Shown piece by piece: positions 38,117-49,089 of a stretch of DNA of 64,000 nt. Positions within the stretch are counted from its first letter, which is position 1, and each line of letters starts with the position of its first letter. The translations under genes and the position numbers were made by a program. The notes under the pieces were generated by a model. That model was not told where the DNA came from, did no database searches, and saw only the letters and a list, made by a program, of their open reading frames with translations. Origin of the DNA: Nemertoderma westbladi (taxonomy: Eukaryota; Animalia; Xenacoelomorpha); assembly GCA_032718475.1 (NCBI GenBank), contig JAUCBJ010000486.1, positions 1-64,000 of the forward strand, read 5' to 3'.

Positions 38117-40431
38117 TCTTCGTTTGGCTTCGATCCGAAAGGGGAGGGTGGTAAAGTCTAAAGTTCGCGGGGATGTGGAGGAGTGTGTGATGACGTAGGT
38201 CATTAAGACCGCGCAGCACGATCTTTGGTCGCAATCCCGAACATAGTGACCCATGTTCCGAGACACCGGAAGCATCCTCGGTGTTTCATTATCGCCTCGA
38301 ATCGTGGGACGAGTTCAGCAAACTGGAACTTTCTGCAGAATTCCACCTTATGTTTCTCTCCGCAGAAAAGACATAGAAGGGAGGTTGTGGTGCCTTCCCT
38401 TTCGGGTGCCCAATTCGCTAGATAACACGCCCATTCCTCGGCTGATGTCAGTTCCTCGTAGTCCTCGTCGTCGGAATCCTCGGCCATGGTGATGGCCATC
38501 GTACTCACCGGAAGGGGATGGAATCTCGGTTTCGGAGTGGGTGTCCTGCTCCTGGAGTTGTTCTCTATTCCGTCTAACTTGGAGAGACTTTGTTTGGAGA
38601 ACATTGAGTCATTTAAGGCTTCGGAGATATCATCTAGGAATGCCGACATTTCGAGGAAACTGGGATCTCGATCTGGGTGTCTGAGTCGGAGATCTACGCA
38701 TTTATACGCCCACTTGCTTTGTAGCCATCCGGGGAACTTTCGGGCAATCTGTCGGAGGTTTAGAATGTTGTTTACTTGTTCCTCCTTATTTAATGGTTTT
38801 AGAGTGTAGTAGGCATCTTTCATGGAATCCGAGAATTCCTGGATATTCTGTGGGTCCCCTAGGGATCCCGCGTCCTGTATCAGTTTCTCGAGAGTTTTAT
38901 TAATTATAGTCCCGATATTTCCGTATCTTTTGTCTAGAGTTTTCCATGCGTCATAGTATGCTTCATGAGATCCTCCCTCGAAACATTTAATGATTCGACG
39001 TGGTTTGTCGCCCAGGTATTGGGATAAATATACCAGTTTTTGTGTGTCGGTTATATCCGTTGACCCAATCTGAGCGAAGAACCATTTCTTAGGTAATCGA
39101 CGGGGTCTCCTTCGAAGGTGCGGATCTCCATCTTGGGCATGGCCAGGCGGTTTTCCAATGCCCGGATAATGCCGACGTCATCTGAACTGGAATGACTAGG
39201 AGGGTTATAGTTATTAACACTCTCTCCCATGCACGATGGATCAATGAGAGGTGGAGTTTTAATGATGACGCGGTTACGGATTTGTGGTGTGGATGTAAAC
39301 GGATTGTTGGATCGAGGGGTGGCGTCCCGTTCCGAGTCCTTTTCAGGCTCGTACTTGAGAACGCCCGGTGCCGTGGGGTTGGATGGGAAATAAGGTTCCT
39401 CATTCTTAAGCGTAACCGGTGGGGGATGGAATACCGGTGCTTGTGCCGTTAACGTAGACGATATGGTTGGCGGGAACTCGGGTTTCGGAGGTTTCGCCGC
39501 CGGTGGCGTAAATGACTTCTCTAATTCCGGGACCGGGATTGGTTCATAGTTCTGTTCTATACCCCTTTCCCAGTCCTCGTATAGTTGAAGATCCCGTTCT
39601 ATGAGTGCGGCTTCGTAGTCCGCGAGTTTCGCAATATCCGCATTCTTTTTATGGATGAGAATCACTTGGGCCTCGGCATGTTGTTTACACATTTCTGCCT
39701 CTAGTTTACGTTGTTCAGCCTCTCGTTCACGTTGTTCGGCCTGTTGTTCGGCCTCTCGTTTACGTTGTTCGGCCTGTTGTTTGGCCTCGTTTTTGCATTT
39801 CAGCTGCCAATACATCCTGTTCGATCTGCAGTTGAACATATTCGTCTTCCATTCGAGCTTTTTGGGCCAATGCCCTCTGTTCTCGTAGCTGATCTCGGAG
39901 TGGCTGACCCCCTTGAGAACTGCGCGCTGAACCGGATATCTCGCTCCTAGCGCTGGAGTGTTAGTGCCTCGAGGACCCCGTTCTCTTTCGATGAATTGCT
40001 GTCCTGGTGCTGGAGGTCCGCACCGATTCTGCGTCTGTCCTTTCAGTTCTCTTATAGTACTGTTCCTCGTAGCCTCTTACAAGGCTGAGGGTCCTCCGAT
40101 GTTGCTTCCGGAACTCGTCCAAATGTGCGATGTGTTCTTCGAGTTTGGGGTAGTTTACCTGATCCGTTGCGGGAATAAGTTCTTGATATGATTTTATCAT
40201 CCTCTCATATCGTTGTAAGATACTTCGGATATTCTGTAGCTGAGTCTGTATCTCGTTGAGGGGGGTTTCGACTCCCCTTAGTTGTTTCTCTATACGTTGG
40301 TATGCTCGAGTCACTCCGCCTTTGAGAGCTCCCAGTCGACGACCCATGTTCTTCACATTCGGCACCTCGTCGGCTCCCGAGTCTGTGTGGGGGTCCATCT
40401 CATCGGTATCAGAGACGTTATTCGTCGTCAT
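38117..40431 (-). pseudogene. gag: gag of element A, frameshifted
   Basis: Consecutive ORF pieces 39961-40431, 39051-39839 and 38203-38823 with LAMPKMEIRTFEGDPVDY (DUF1759-like), CLFCGEKH and CFRCLG knuckles. Confidence 0.9.
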
Positions 40432-40619
40432 TCTAGCGCCTCGTTGATAGCTAGATATGCAATGTCATAAAATAGTTCTTCGTAGGTCTCGTATTCAGCT
40501 TGGACTACCCGAACGGTAATCCTGAATCGTCCGACGTTCGTTCCTTGTACTTCAACTTCGACGTGCCAGATTCCTGGCTCAACTTGGATTATATCAATGG
40601 GTGTGATCAATACTTCCAT
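40428..40619 (-). CDS. 63-aa upstream ORF of element A whose stop overlaps the gag start (AUGA)
   Basis: ATG in GGAATGG context; the TGA at 40430-40428 overlaps the gag ATG at 40431-40429. Confidence 0.45.
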   Translation of the reverse strand: MEVLITPIDIIQVEPGIWHVEVEVQGTNVGRFRITVRVVQAEYETYEELFYDIAYLAINEALE

Positions 40620-40850
40620 TCCCTGTTAACGACTCTCTATATGTGATCTGCCGACTACGAGTTTATTAGTTCGAGTTTGTCGATTAATTAAACCACGGCT
40701 TTGTCTTAAATCAAATACCAGAGTTTCCTCGTAGTAGGTGCTGGGTAAGCACGGAGAGAGTTTGAAGAGTATTGTAGGATTCCCAACTTCCACCAGTTGA
40801 AGTTGGCCGCGTCTTATTCTCAATTTTGACAGCCTGTCAAAATTGAATCC

Positions 40851-40862
40851 CTTATTCTCAAT
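40851..40862 (-). promoter_or_regulatory. Non-tRNA primer-binding site of A, complementary to its own LTR
   Basis: Minus strand reads ..TAACA AA ATTGAGAATAAG. The 12-mer is the exact complement of CTTATTCTCAAT in the LTR (plus coordinates 41060-41071). Confidence 0.7.
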
Positions 40863-40864
40863 TT

Positions 40865-42348
40865 TGTTACCGTTATTCCCGACACCATGGGGGAAAACGC
40901 CGATGCTGGAGGCGGAACTTTTCAGACCACGGAATCCTGGCCAGTCACCGGATATTGGTAGTGGAGAAGGAATACGTTCTTAAATGCAAGATTGCGGTTG
41001 AGAAAAGTTTCATTGGTTGGATATAATCTTTAATGTAACTTCCCTACAGTTGAACCTTGATTGAGAATAAGTTGGGCTTCCCCAAACCAATATACACCAA
41101 ATATTCACAATAATATAACACGACAATATAAATCCCTACAGTACATTATTTAATTACCCACTGTTCGCTCAGATTTTAACCTAACTAATGTTCCCCAATT
41201 TTCCCTCGGTCCTAGTCTCGGTACCGTAGTGTCGGTGTCGGTCGACCCTGTTGCGTGTCCGTCCCACCCTTCCCGAACCCCGAAGGGATCGGTCATCAGG
41301 AAAGCGGTACGGCTTGGCTAAGGGTCGGTCCAGTCGGTAGACCCGGTTGCGTGTCCGTCCCACCCTTCCCGAACCCCGAAGGGATCGGTCATCAGGAAAG
41401 CAGTACAGCTTGGCTAGGGGTCTGTCATGTCGGTGGACCCGTTTGCGTGTCCGTCCCACCCTTCCCAAACCCCGAAGGGATCGGTCATCAGGAAAGTGGT
41501 ACGGCTTGGCTAGGGGTCCGTCGGTTCATCGCAGGGACCCAACCACCTAGGCTTTCCGAGTCCTTATTCAGGCTCGTAGTCGCTTCGGCAGCCGAGAAGC
41601 TGCTCCGAACAGTCGGTAGGCCAGTAGAGTCCAGTCCTTTGTCTTTCGACCCCGTTGCGTGTCCTCCCACCCTTCCCGAACCCCGAAGGGATCGGTCATC
41701 AGGAAAGCGGTACGGCTTGGCAAGGGGTCTGTCAGCCCGTTGTGAGCCCCAACGGTTGGTGGTTTTCCGAGTCCTTATTCAGGCTCGTACTAACGCCGGT
41801 CGTGGGACCCACTCCAGGAAGGCAGTCCTCGTCGAACCCTTCCTCCATTAGTCGGTCGACCCGTTCGTGTGTCCGTCCCACCCTTCCCGAACCCCGAAGG
41901 GATCGGTCATCAGGAAAGCGGTACGGCTTGGCTAGGGGTCTGTCGTCGGTTCCCGTCACAAATCCCTGACACAAGCAGCAGACTTTCCGAGTCCTTATTC
42001 AGGCTCGTAATAACTGCTGTTGGCCAGGGACCGCTAAGGGCAGTCCTTGTCCTTTAGACCTAACGAGTTACCAAATCCACCTCTACAGGCAGCAGGAAGC
42101 TGGCTAGGCCTAATAGTAATCAGGCAAACCTGAATACTGCTTAACTTTGCCTCCCACCCCTGGCCCTTAAATACATGAAATGAGTCCCGTAGTAAGTCGC
42201 CCCAATATTCGCCCATAAATCGCCCCCAGTCCATTGAATGTGCCCAAATCCCATGTTCCCGCACCCAGTAGTGATATCGGAATATTCATTTAAAATAAAT
42301 CCAAAAAATATTCAACTCGCGTTAAGAAGAGTTGAAATACCGCGAACA
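40865..42348 (-). repeat. 5' LTR of element A (1484 bp, 5 internal repeat units)
   Basis: Direct repeat of 17525-18902 with one extra 96-bp unit. ATTAAA on the minus strand at 41029-41034. Confidence 0.95.
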
Positions 42349-43239
42349 TAATCACAATGAATGTTACACTTTAATTCTACTTATTTGTATTTTGGGGCAG
42401 TAAGCATTACAAAATGCTTTAAATTCGAACTATTGCCACACCTACCGGCAACCCGTAATGACGCTAATTCGTACTATTCGAAAATTCAAAAAATCGTTCG
42501 CTTTTCTTGCGATAAAGGCTCATGCATTTTCGGCTGTTTTGGCTCCGTAAGAGTGAACTCTGTCCAGTGCAACAAAAAACACTCTTAGACTGGAACAGTC
42601 TATATCAATCTACTTAGAAACAATTCCGGTACCACAAAAGTGTATTTCATATTATAGAAGTTGGTACAAATGAGGCTGATGGAGTTGGATCAGATTTCGA
42701 GAGTCAAGGATTCGATTTTGGTGAATGTACAATAAACCAAAAAAATTAAATATGGCTAATTTTAAATTCTGATATATAGACGTGTTCTTATTTCAATCTC
42801 TGTATAGTAAAATTGATAATTTTAAATGTGGAAGGGTTTACTATGGAAGATCACCCATGGTGGTGAACAGGCATTCCTTGGCTTAACGAGCCTAAAAGGA
42901 TTCTCCCATTCATAATTTTAAATTTGTTATTTAACATTTTTAATTTTAGAAATATTTCTAAACAAGTTTAAAAAATTTAGATATCACAATTTTTATTTAT
43001 AAATTTCACTAACATATTTAGAAAAAAAAACCCTGGCATTACAGTTTTATTTTTGGTAGTAATCAGCTGTATTTGCGTCGATTTTCCCCTGGAGAGGGAT
43101 TTGCGTCTGAAGACCAGCCCCCCCCCCCCCCCCCCCCCTATCTGCTTTCGACGCAATCAAAAGTCATCCCTCTCCAGTTGGAAATTGATGAGGGTTAGGT
43201 GGAGTCACACAACAAAATGATTCAATAGAATCAGGTCTC

Positions 43240-44275
43240 ACGTAGAGAAACTGCTGTGTAAGAGCCAAAACGGATTTCGATCAAATAGATCAACAATAGC
43301 TCAGATACTTGCGCTACGGAGACTGATTGAGGGAATTAAGTCAAAGAATCTCCCCGCAGTCCTGACTTTTGTGTACTTTAAGAAAGCATTCGGCCCCATC
43401 CATAGAGGTAAAATGCTGGAAATCGTAAGAGCTTATGGAATGCCAGAAGTAATTGTAGCTGGTATTGGATTGTTATATTGTGACACAGAAGCGCAGGTAC
43501 TCTCACCAGAAGGTGAAACTGAGTTCTTCCCAATCCTGACTGGCGTACTTCAAGGTGACACATTGGCGCCAATACTATTCATAATTGTAATGGATTACGC
43601 AATGAGGACGGCCACAAAGGGTGAAGATCTAGGATGCACACTATAAGAACGCAGAAGTAAGTAGATATCCGGCAACTACAGTCACAGACACTGACTTTGC
43701 GGATGACATCGCCCTAATATCTAATACGCGAGCAGATGAACAGCTTCTTTTAATGTTAATGGAAACTTGACAACAATCGATATCGATAATAATCAACTAA
43801 GGAAGGTCGACGACTTCCAGTACCTAGGATCATGGATAGAGAGAAGAGCAAAGGCATGGGTAGCTCTATCAAAAATGGATACCATCTGGAAATCAGATCT
43901 CTCTACGGGGGTGAGACCTGGACACTGAGGAAATCACTTGAACACCGAATTGATGGTTGCTACACAAGACTACTAATGGCAGCCCTAAACATTAGCTGGA
44001 GACCACACATGACAAACGCCGAGCTCTATGGTACTATACCACCTGTATCAACCACCCTCCGTGAACGCAGATTAAGATTCAGTGGGCACTGCTGAAGAAG
44101 TATAGACTAGGTCATACCAGATCTACTTTTCTGGCAACCAACACATGGAAAGTGTCTAGTGTCTACGTGTCTATAACATTGCGACATAACAAATTGCGAC
44201 AACTACAGTATGGAAGCCTGGAAGGATCTCATTACCACTGTACAAGTTCGCTCAACCTAGTAGAGTAGTAGTAGG
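43240..44275 (+). mobile_element. 5'-truncated, decayed RTE-like LINE (RT domain)
   Basis: QNGFRSNRST, FKKAF, GVLQGDTLAP, DFADDIAL, RRLRFSGHC; stops and deletions; (TAG)n-like tail at ~44258-44275. Confidence 0.9.
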
Positions 44276-44969
44276 GTTAGGTGACTTTTGTTTATTGTTT
44301 TGTTTCGAATAACGTGCGCCTTTCCATTCATTGATAATTTAGCATTGAGACGATATATTAATTCGCCCAGCTGGGATTTGTGTAAAGTTTTCCCCCAGTC
44401 TCAGATAGGGAGAAATTTTGATTGCGTGGAAAGTACCGTTGGAATAATTAGGAAGGTATTTTTTAATTGTAAGGTATATTATTCTGTAGTATTATATTAA
44501 CTATTTATATCACGTTGATAAAAGTAGCACTTTATAGAAAAACAGTATTTACTCTTTGAGCGCAGCGAGGCAAGTAAAGTAGACGAGTAGGCCCTACTGT
44601 AAGGTAATTTTACAGTTTTATCAGTGTGATATACTGCACTGCACTGCACTACACTGCACTGTATGTAATTTTATTCAAAAAATTAAATATTTCTTTCCGA
44701 CTTTACGGTGAGGCATTGTTTAATACAACGTACCGTAACATCCGTACCCTACCGTGCGTACAGTGTTTATCGCAAATACTGATGTTTGATATGCTGATAG
44801 CTACCGGTACTAACAACAGCACATATATGAATGTGAAACTAAAATTTGACAATAGGCTGTTGTACCGGTACCTACGGTAGGCCTACTGTTGTACAGTACC
44901 GGTACGGTACCTTGGTTCACTAATGTAATTAGTGTGAGCGGACATAACAGTTAAACTTTTTTGACGCTG

Positions 44970-45200
44970 TGGGGCGAGCCACGAAGTGAGTGAGCCTTAG
45001 CGTAGTGGTACCATTAATCAACCTGTCGTTCTGTCGTTCTGTCGTTCTGTCGTTCTGTCGTTCTGTCGTGTTCAATTTTAAACGTTAATAACTCGGCCAA
45101 TCTTTGATGAAATCTATCCAAACTTGGTACACATGTTGTTTGGCAAAAGTTTAGAAATTTTCCAAGTAGAATTTCCGTGTGGCCTTCGAGAAGCTAAGAT
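44970..45200 (+). mobile_element. DINE-1/HINE-like (Helentron-associated) repeat; related pieces at ~54890-55000, ~55320 and ~61150-61252 (minus)
   Basis: GGGGCGAGCCACGAAG..GAGCCTTAGC head, (CTGTCGTT)n microsatellite, then AACGTTAATAACTC..CCAAACTTGGTACA core. Confidence 0.55.
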
Positions 45201-48200
45201 AATAGCAGTTAATTAGTTAATTAAGTTGATTGCGGTGAAAACGCCATTTTCAACCTGCCTTTTAAAGGAAATTAATTGTTTTACAGTATAAGATTTAAAT
45301 AATTATACTTAAAAATTATACAGATATAATCCCCATACGCCATTCTATTATAGTTTTTAATTAGTTTAAGTGATTTGCTTTAATAAATGTGTCTTTAATT
45401 GATCTAAACGTAATTAAACCGCACAATTATTGAGTACAAATTTAATCCTTCCCATTATTGGTCAAGTCTCTGCTGGTGTGGAGCTAGCTGCTGGGAGTTG
45501 TGGCTGTAGACTAACCTGAGAGGAATTGTAATAGAGGCAACCAGTATTGCTATTCCAGCCCAATCACTGAATTGTGTTTATTATAGGCTGGACGGGCCGC
45601 ATAACCGTTCGACTATTACTACTATTGCTATCTCAGTTAAATGACAGATATATTAACATAAATACAATCCATGTCATGGCTGTTGTAGGCTTCTGAAATA
45701 GTTTATTCCACAATGTATATGTCTGGTTATTTTTTAATTGAATTTTTGCAAAGTAGTAAAATTAATGTTCTTAAAAATAATATTATTATTTTATATGTAA
45801 CCTAGGAAATTAGCTACATTTTTTCGCTGCAGCTTTAAGAGTGTACATTGATTTAATATTATTTCAATACCCATATTACTACATCGGCATAAGATGCGTT
45901 GGCGTTGTATTACACATCTCCACATATCACACATCTCCACATAGATGTATCAACAGTTACTCGCACAGTTTCGAAACTTCGCATAGTTATAACTGTATAA
46001 AGATCGTCAGTCTGCGTTTAGGAAAAATATTTTATGACAAAACAGGACAAGCGACGAGCGCAACGAGGCATATAATGAAGACGAGTACTGCGTTGACTAA
46101 ATTATTATATAAACCACCTGGCTTCACATATTGATCGCATCCCTAGTTATTATTATTATAAAGATCGTCCTAGCTTGCGTTTAAGAAATATATTTAAATA
46201 CAAAACAGGACGAACGCAAAGAGGCTTATAATGAAAACGAGTACTGCGTTTATTATATTCCTATAAACCACCTGGCTTTGCATATTTAACGTGCGATTGG
46301 AAATAAGTTCGTGCTACCCTTCCGTGGGTGGTAGATGTCGCGGTTATGTATTGGTGGTTGGGAAGGGTGGGGGGGGGGGGGGGGGGAGATTAAAAGGGGT
46401 GAACACGTACTGTCCACCTTTCTTTGATTGATTGGTGGTGTGGGTAAATTTCTCAAAACCTGATTTTGTGATACAGTCGCTGCATTTTAATTTGTATATA
46501 ATAACTAGGCCTCGTGCTGCGCGAAGTCCCCACGAACGTGTTGAAACTGAAAGAGGAAAGATTTTGTTTCATTTTTTTTAATAAAAAGAGTATTTCTATA
46601 TGTATTATATTAATCTTGTTGCATGTGGTAATTTCACCTTCCATGCTATTTTTTACAGTTAAAATAACGTAAAGTAAAATATTACTAAAAAAATACACCA
46701 AAAATTACGAATTTCAGGAATACAGAAAACAACTTAACAACACAACCAGCACGTAAAGTTGCCTCATAATACTTACTGTAGTAGGGCTACAACAACTGCG
46801 TGATGCAAACATGTTTTTTACGGTAAGATGCTGCTTTAAATTAATTATTACTAAGTTTGGAAGCCAATAAAACTTTATCTCCTCAAGGAATGGAGGGAAA
46901 AAATGTATATACCAGGCCGTACTTCTATGACATCCACGATATTCCATTTCTTGTGGCATACAACAGTTATTCGGGTCCTATAGTTGAAGAAGCTAAGAGG
47001 AATAGAATAATAACAATTACTACCCAGTTGTTGATAAACACATTTTTTCTCACCATCAACATTCGTAAATGCAGACAGTTGTTGTTTTGCTTGCTTATTC
47101 CTCAGCTAAATACTAACGTCTGCCTTTCGGCTACTATATTTAAATTATCGGCGTTCTCATGACGCAAACACGATTTTGGTTAGACAGAATTCACAGACAG
47201 TAGCTTATAAATCAGTGTTTCATAATTTCACTTTTCGGTCGAAATTCTACTGGAATTTTATATATTTTTATGACGAATTTTTACTTTTTTCATTTATCTT
47301 TATTAATATTAAGTGTTTTATAGCGTTTATTTCTGTCTTATAACCTGTACATATGACTAATTCGTTTATTGTTTTGGTTAGATTCAGCCCTTCTGTAACC
47401 TGTGTTTTTGGTGAAAACCTGGTATTCTTCACATGGGGGTAACTACAAAGTGAAACATAACGGCAGAAAGTCCGGTATTCTTCACATGGGCCCAAAAACT
47501 TGCGATTCAGGTTCGTTTTCCGGAATAATGTGGGGAGAGCCACACAGTCAGGGCGAGCCATCATAGCGCACAATTATAATTAGTAAATAGGGCAAATTTA
47601 ATGTCCGTCTGTCTGTCCGTCTGTAATGAAAAATTCACTCGTAAATAACTTTTGAAGATTTTATCCATTTTCAACCAAATTTTGTATGGGCATACTAGAG
47701 AAAAAGTTCCAATATTTCTGAAAGTTACGGGACCTCTCGAACTTTTGACTCCAAATCAAATCGAACTTGCTCAAGTTCGCGTGCTGCGCGCCGCCCCTCG
47801 AATGCGTTGTTAGTAATGTGTTATTAACAGGGTGGCTTTGTTTTCTACTCTGCATTTTCCTTTTGTCCTTTACAGGCAGACAGCTAGATCAAACTCGTGG
47901 AATACAATATGGTCATGTGACGACCTAATAGTAGGCCTAAAGATCTACACTACATCCTAAATCGATGTTAAAACCATTAATAAATAATTAGAGTAAAAAC
48001 ATTTAACGCAATGGAGTGAATTTCTTTACAATAACTAATATAATATTTATACTGCCAATAATTAATTATTATGATTTAATATAAGTTGGTAAGTTACGAT
48101 TGCGACGTCGTGCCACGGCTAATAAAGCAACGATTATAGCGGGATTGGAAAAATTATGTATTTGGGGTAGAAAAACAATACAATAACAGCTACTTTATAT

Positions 48201-48223
48201 TATTAGTATAACTAGGCCTTCGT

Positions 48224-48380
48224 GGAAAAAATGAATTCGCCACCAGCGGGGATCGAACCTCGATAAACGTTTAGGTATGCTAACCACTACACCACGGAGG
48301 CTCCTGCATCTTTCCGATTGATTTGCTATAGATGGTAACCTACCTTACGGTTGCTAGCTGGTGGCGAATTCATTTTTTCC
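48224..48380 (-). repeat. tRNA-derived SINE-like head bracketed by a perfect 24-bp inverted repeat
   Basis: Minus strand has an A box TGGTGTAGTGG and a B box GGTTCGATCCC. The IR GGAAAAAATGAATTCGCCACCAGC lies at 48224-48247 and 48357-48380. Confidence 0.55.
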
Positions 48381-48659
48381 GCTCCATTTGCTATAGAGTT
48401 GGATCACCCTAAGTCCTGTTTAAATTACTTAGCATCGAAGTGGAAAGGTTTCCAAGTAATTTAGTAAAATCCATTCAAACACTCAAAAGTTATTGCAACT
48501 TTAGTGTCTGCAAGTCGAACTCCAAAACGGAACTCAATATCCAATATTGGTTTATGTTGTTAAGCGGCTCTCTAGTTACGTAATAAATATTCGAGAACAC
48601 TATAAATTATTTAACATTGAGATTAGTTGATTGAAAATTGTATCCAAAAAATAGCCTTA

Positions 48660-49089
48660 GGCCCCACCCCCCTCACACGAAGCAACTTGTTTCTGAAACT
48701 TGTTGCTGGACCCCCTCACACACAGAAACTTGTTGCTGGACCCCCTCACACACAGACACTTGTTGCTGCAACTTGTTTCCGAAACTTGTTTCTGTGTGTG
48801 AGGAGTCCAGCAACAAGTTGCTGCAAATTGTTTCCGAAACTTATTTCTGTGTGTGAGGGGGTCCAGCAACTTTTTTAAAAACCTTTTTTACATCCAATTT
48901 TTATATTAGAGCTAATATTCGATAAATTGAGGTGAGTTCTGCAATCAATGTTTCTGTAAACAAGTGTGCAGAAGGAGCAAGTTCGCAGCAACAAGTTTCT
49001 GTGTGTGAGGGGGTCCAGCAACAAGTTTATGTGTGTGAGGGGGTCCAGCATCATGTTTCAGAAACAAGTTGCCCCGTGTGAGGGGGGCC
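48660..49089. mobile_element. PIF/Harbinger-type MITE
   Basis: TTA on both sides; TIR GGCCCC..CCTCACACG..GCAACTTGTTTCTGAAAC; internal ~28-bp subterminal repeats in inverted orientation. Confidence 0.85.

Larger units (their letters stand above)
17525..42348 (-). mobile_element. BEL/Pao LTR retrotransposon A (decayed, ~10.6 kb net), interrupted by element B
   Basis: TG..CA LTRs at 17525-18902 and 40865-42348; 5-bp TSD TAATC (17520-17524, 42349-42353); gag-PR-RT-RNaseH-IN order with Pao-type motifs on the minus strand. Confidence 0.97.
17083..43035. mobile_element. Non-autonomous TIR element (~1.1 kb net) split by BEL element A
   Basis: CAGGGTTTTTTTT..AAAATGTT at 17083 and AACATATTTAGAAAAAAAAACCCTG ending at 43035 are inverted. 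The outer flanks match the two halves of the uninterrupted repeat at ~60360-60550. TSD is unclear. Confidence 0.5.

Noticed and set aside
48627-48878. Cys-rich repeat ORFs (TCCWTPSHT)
   Set aside because: Translations of the Harbinger MITE subterminal repeats.
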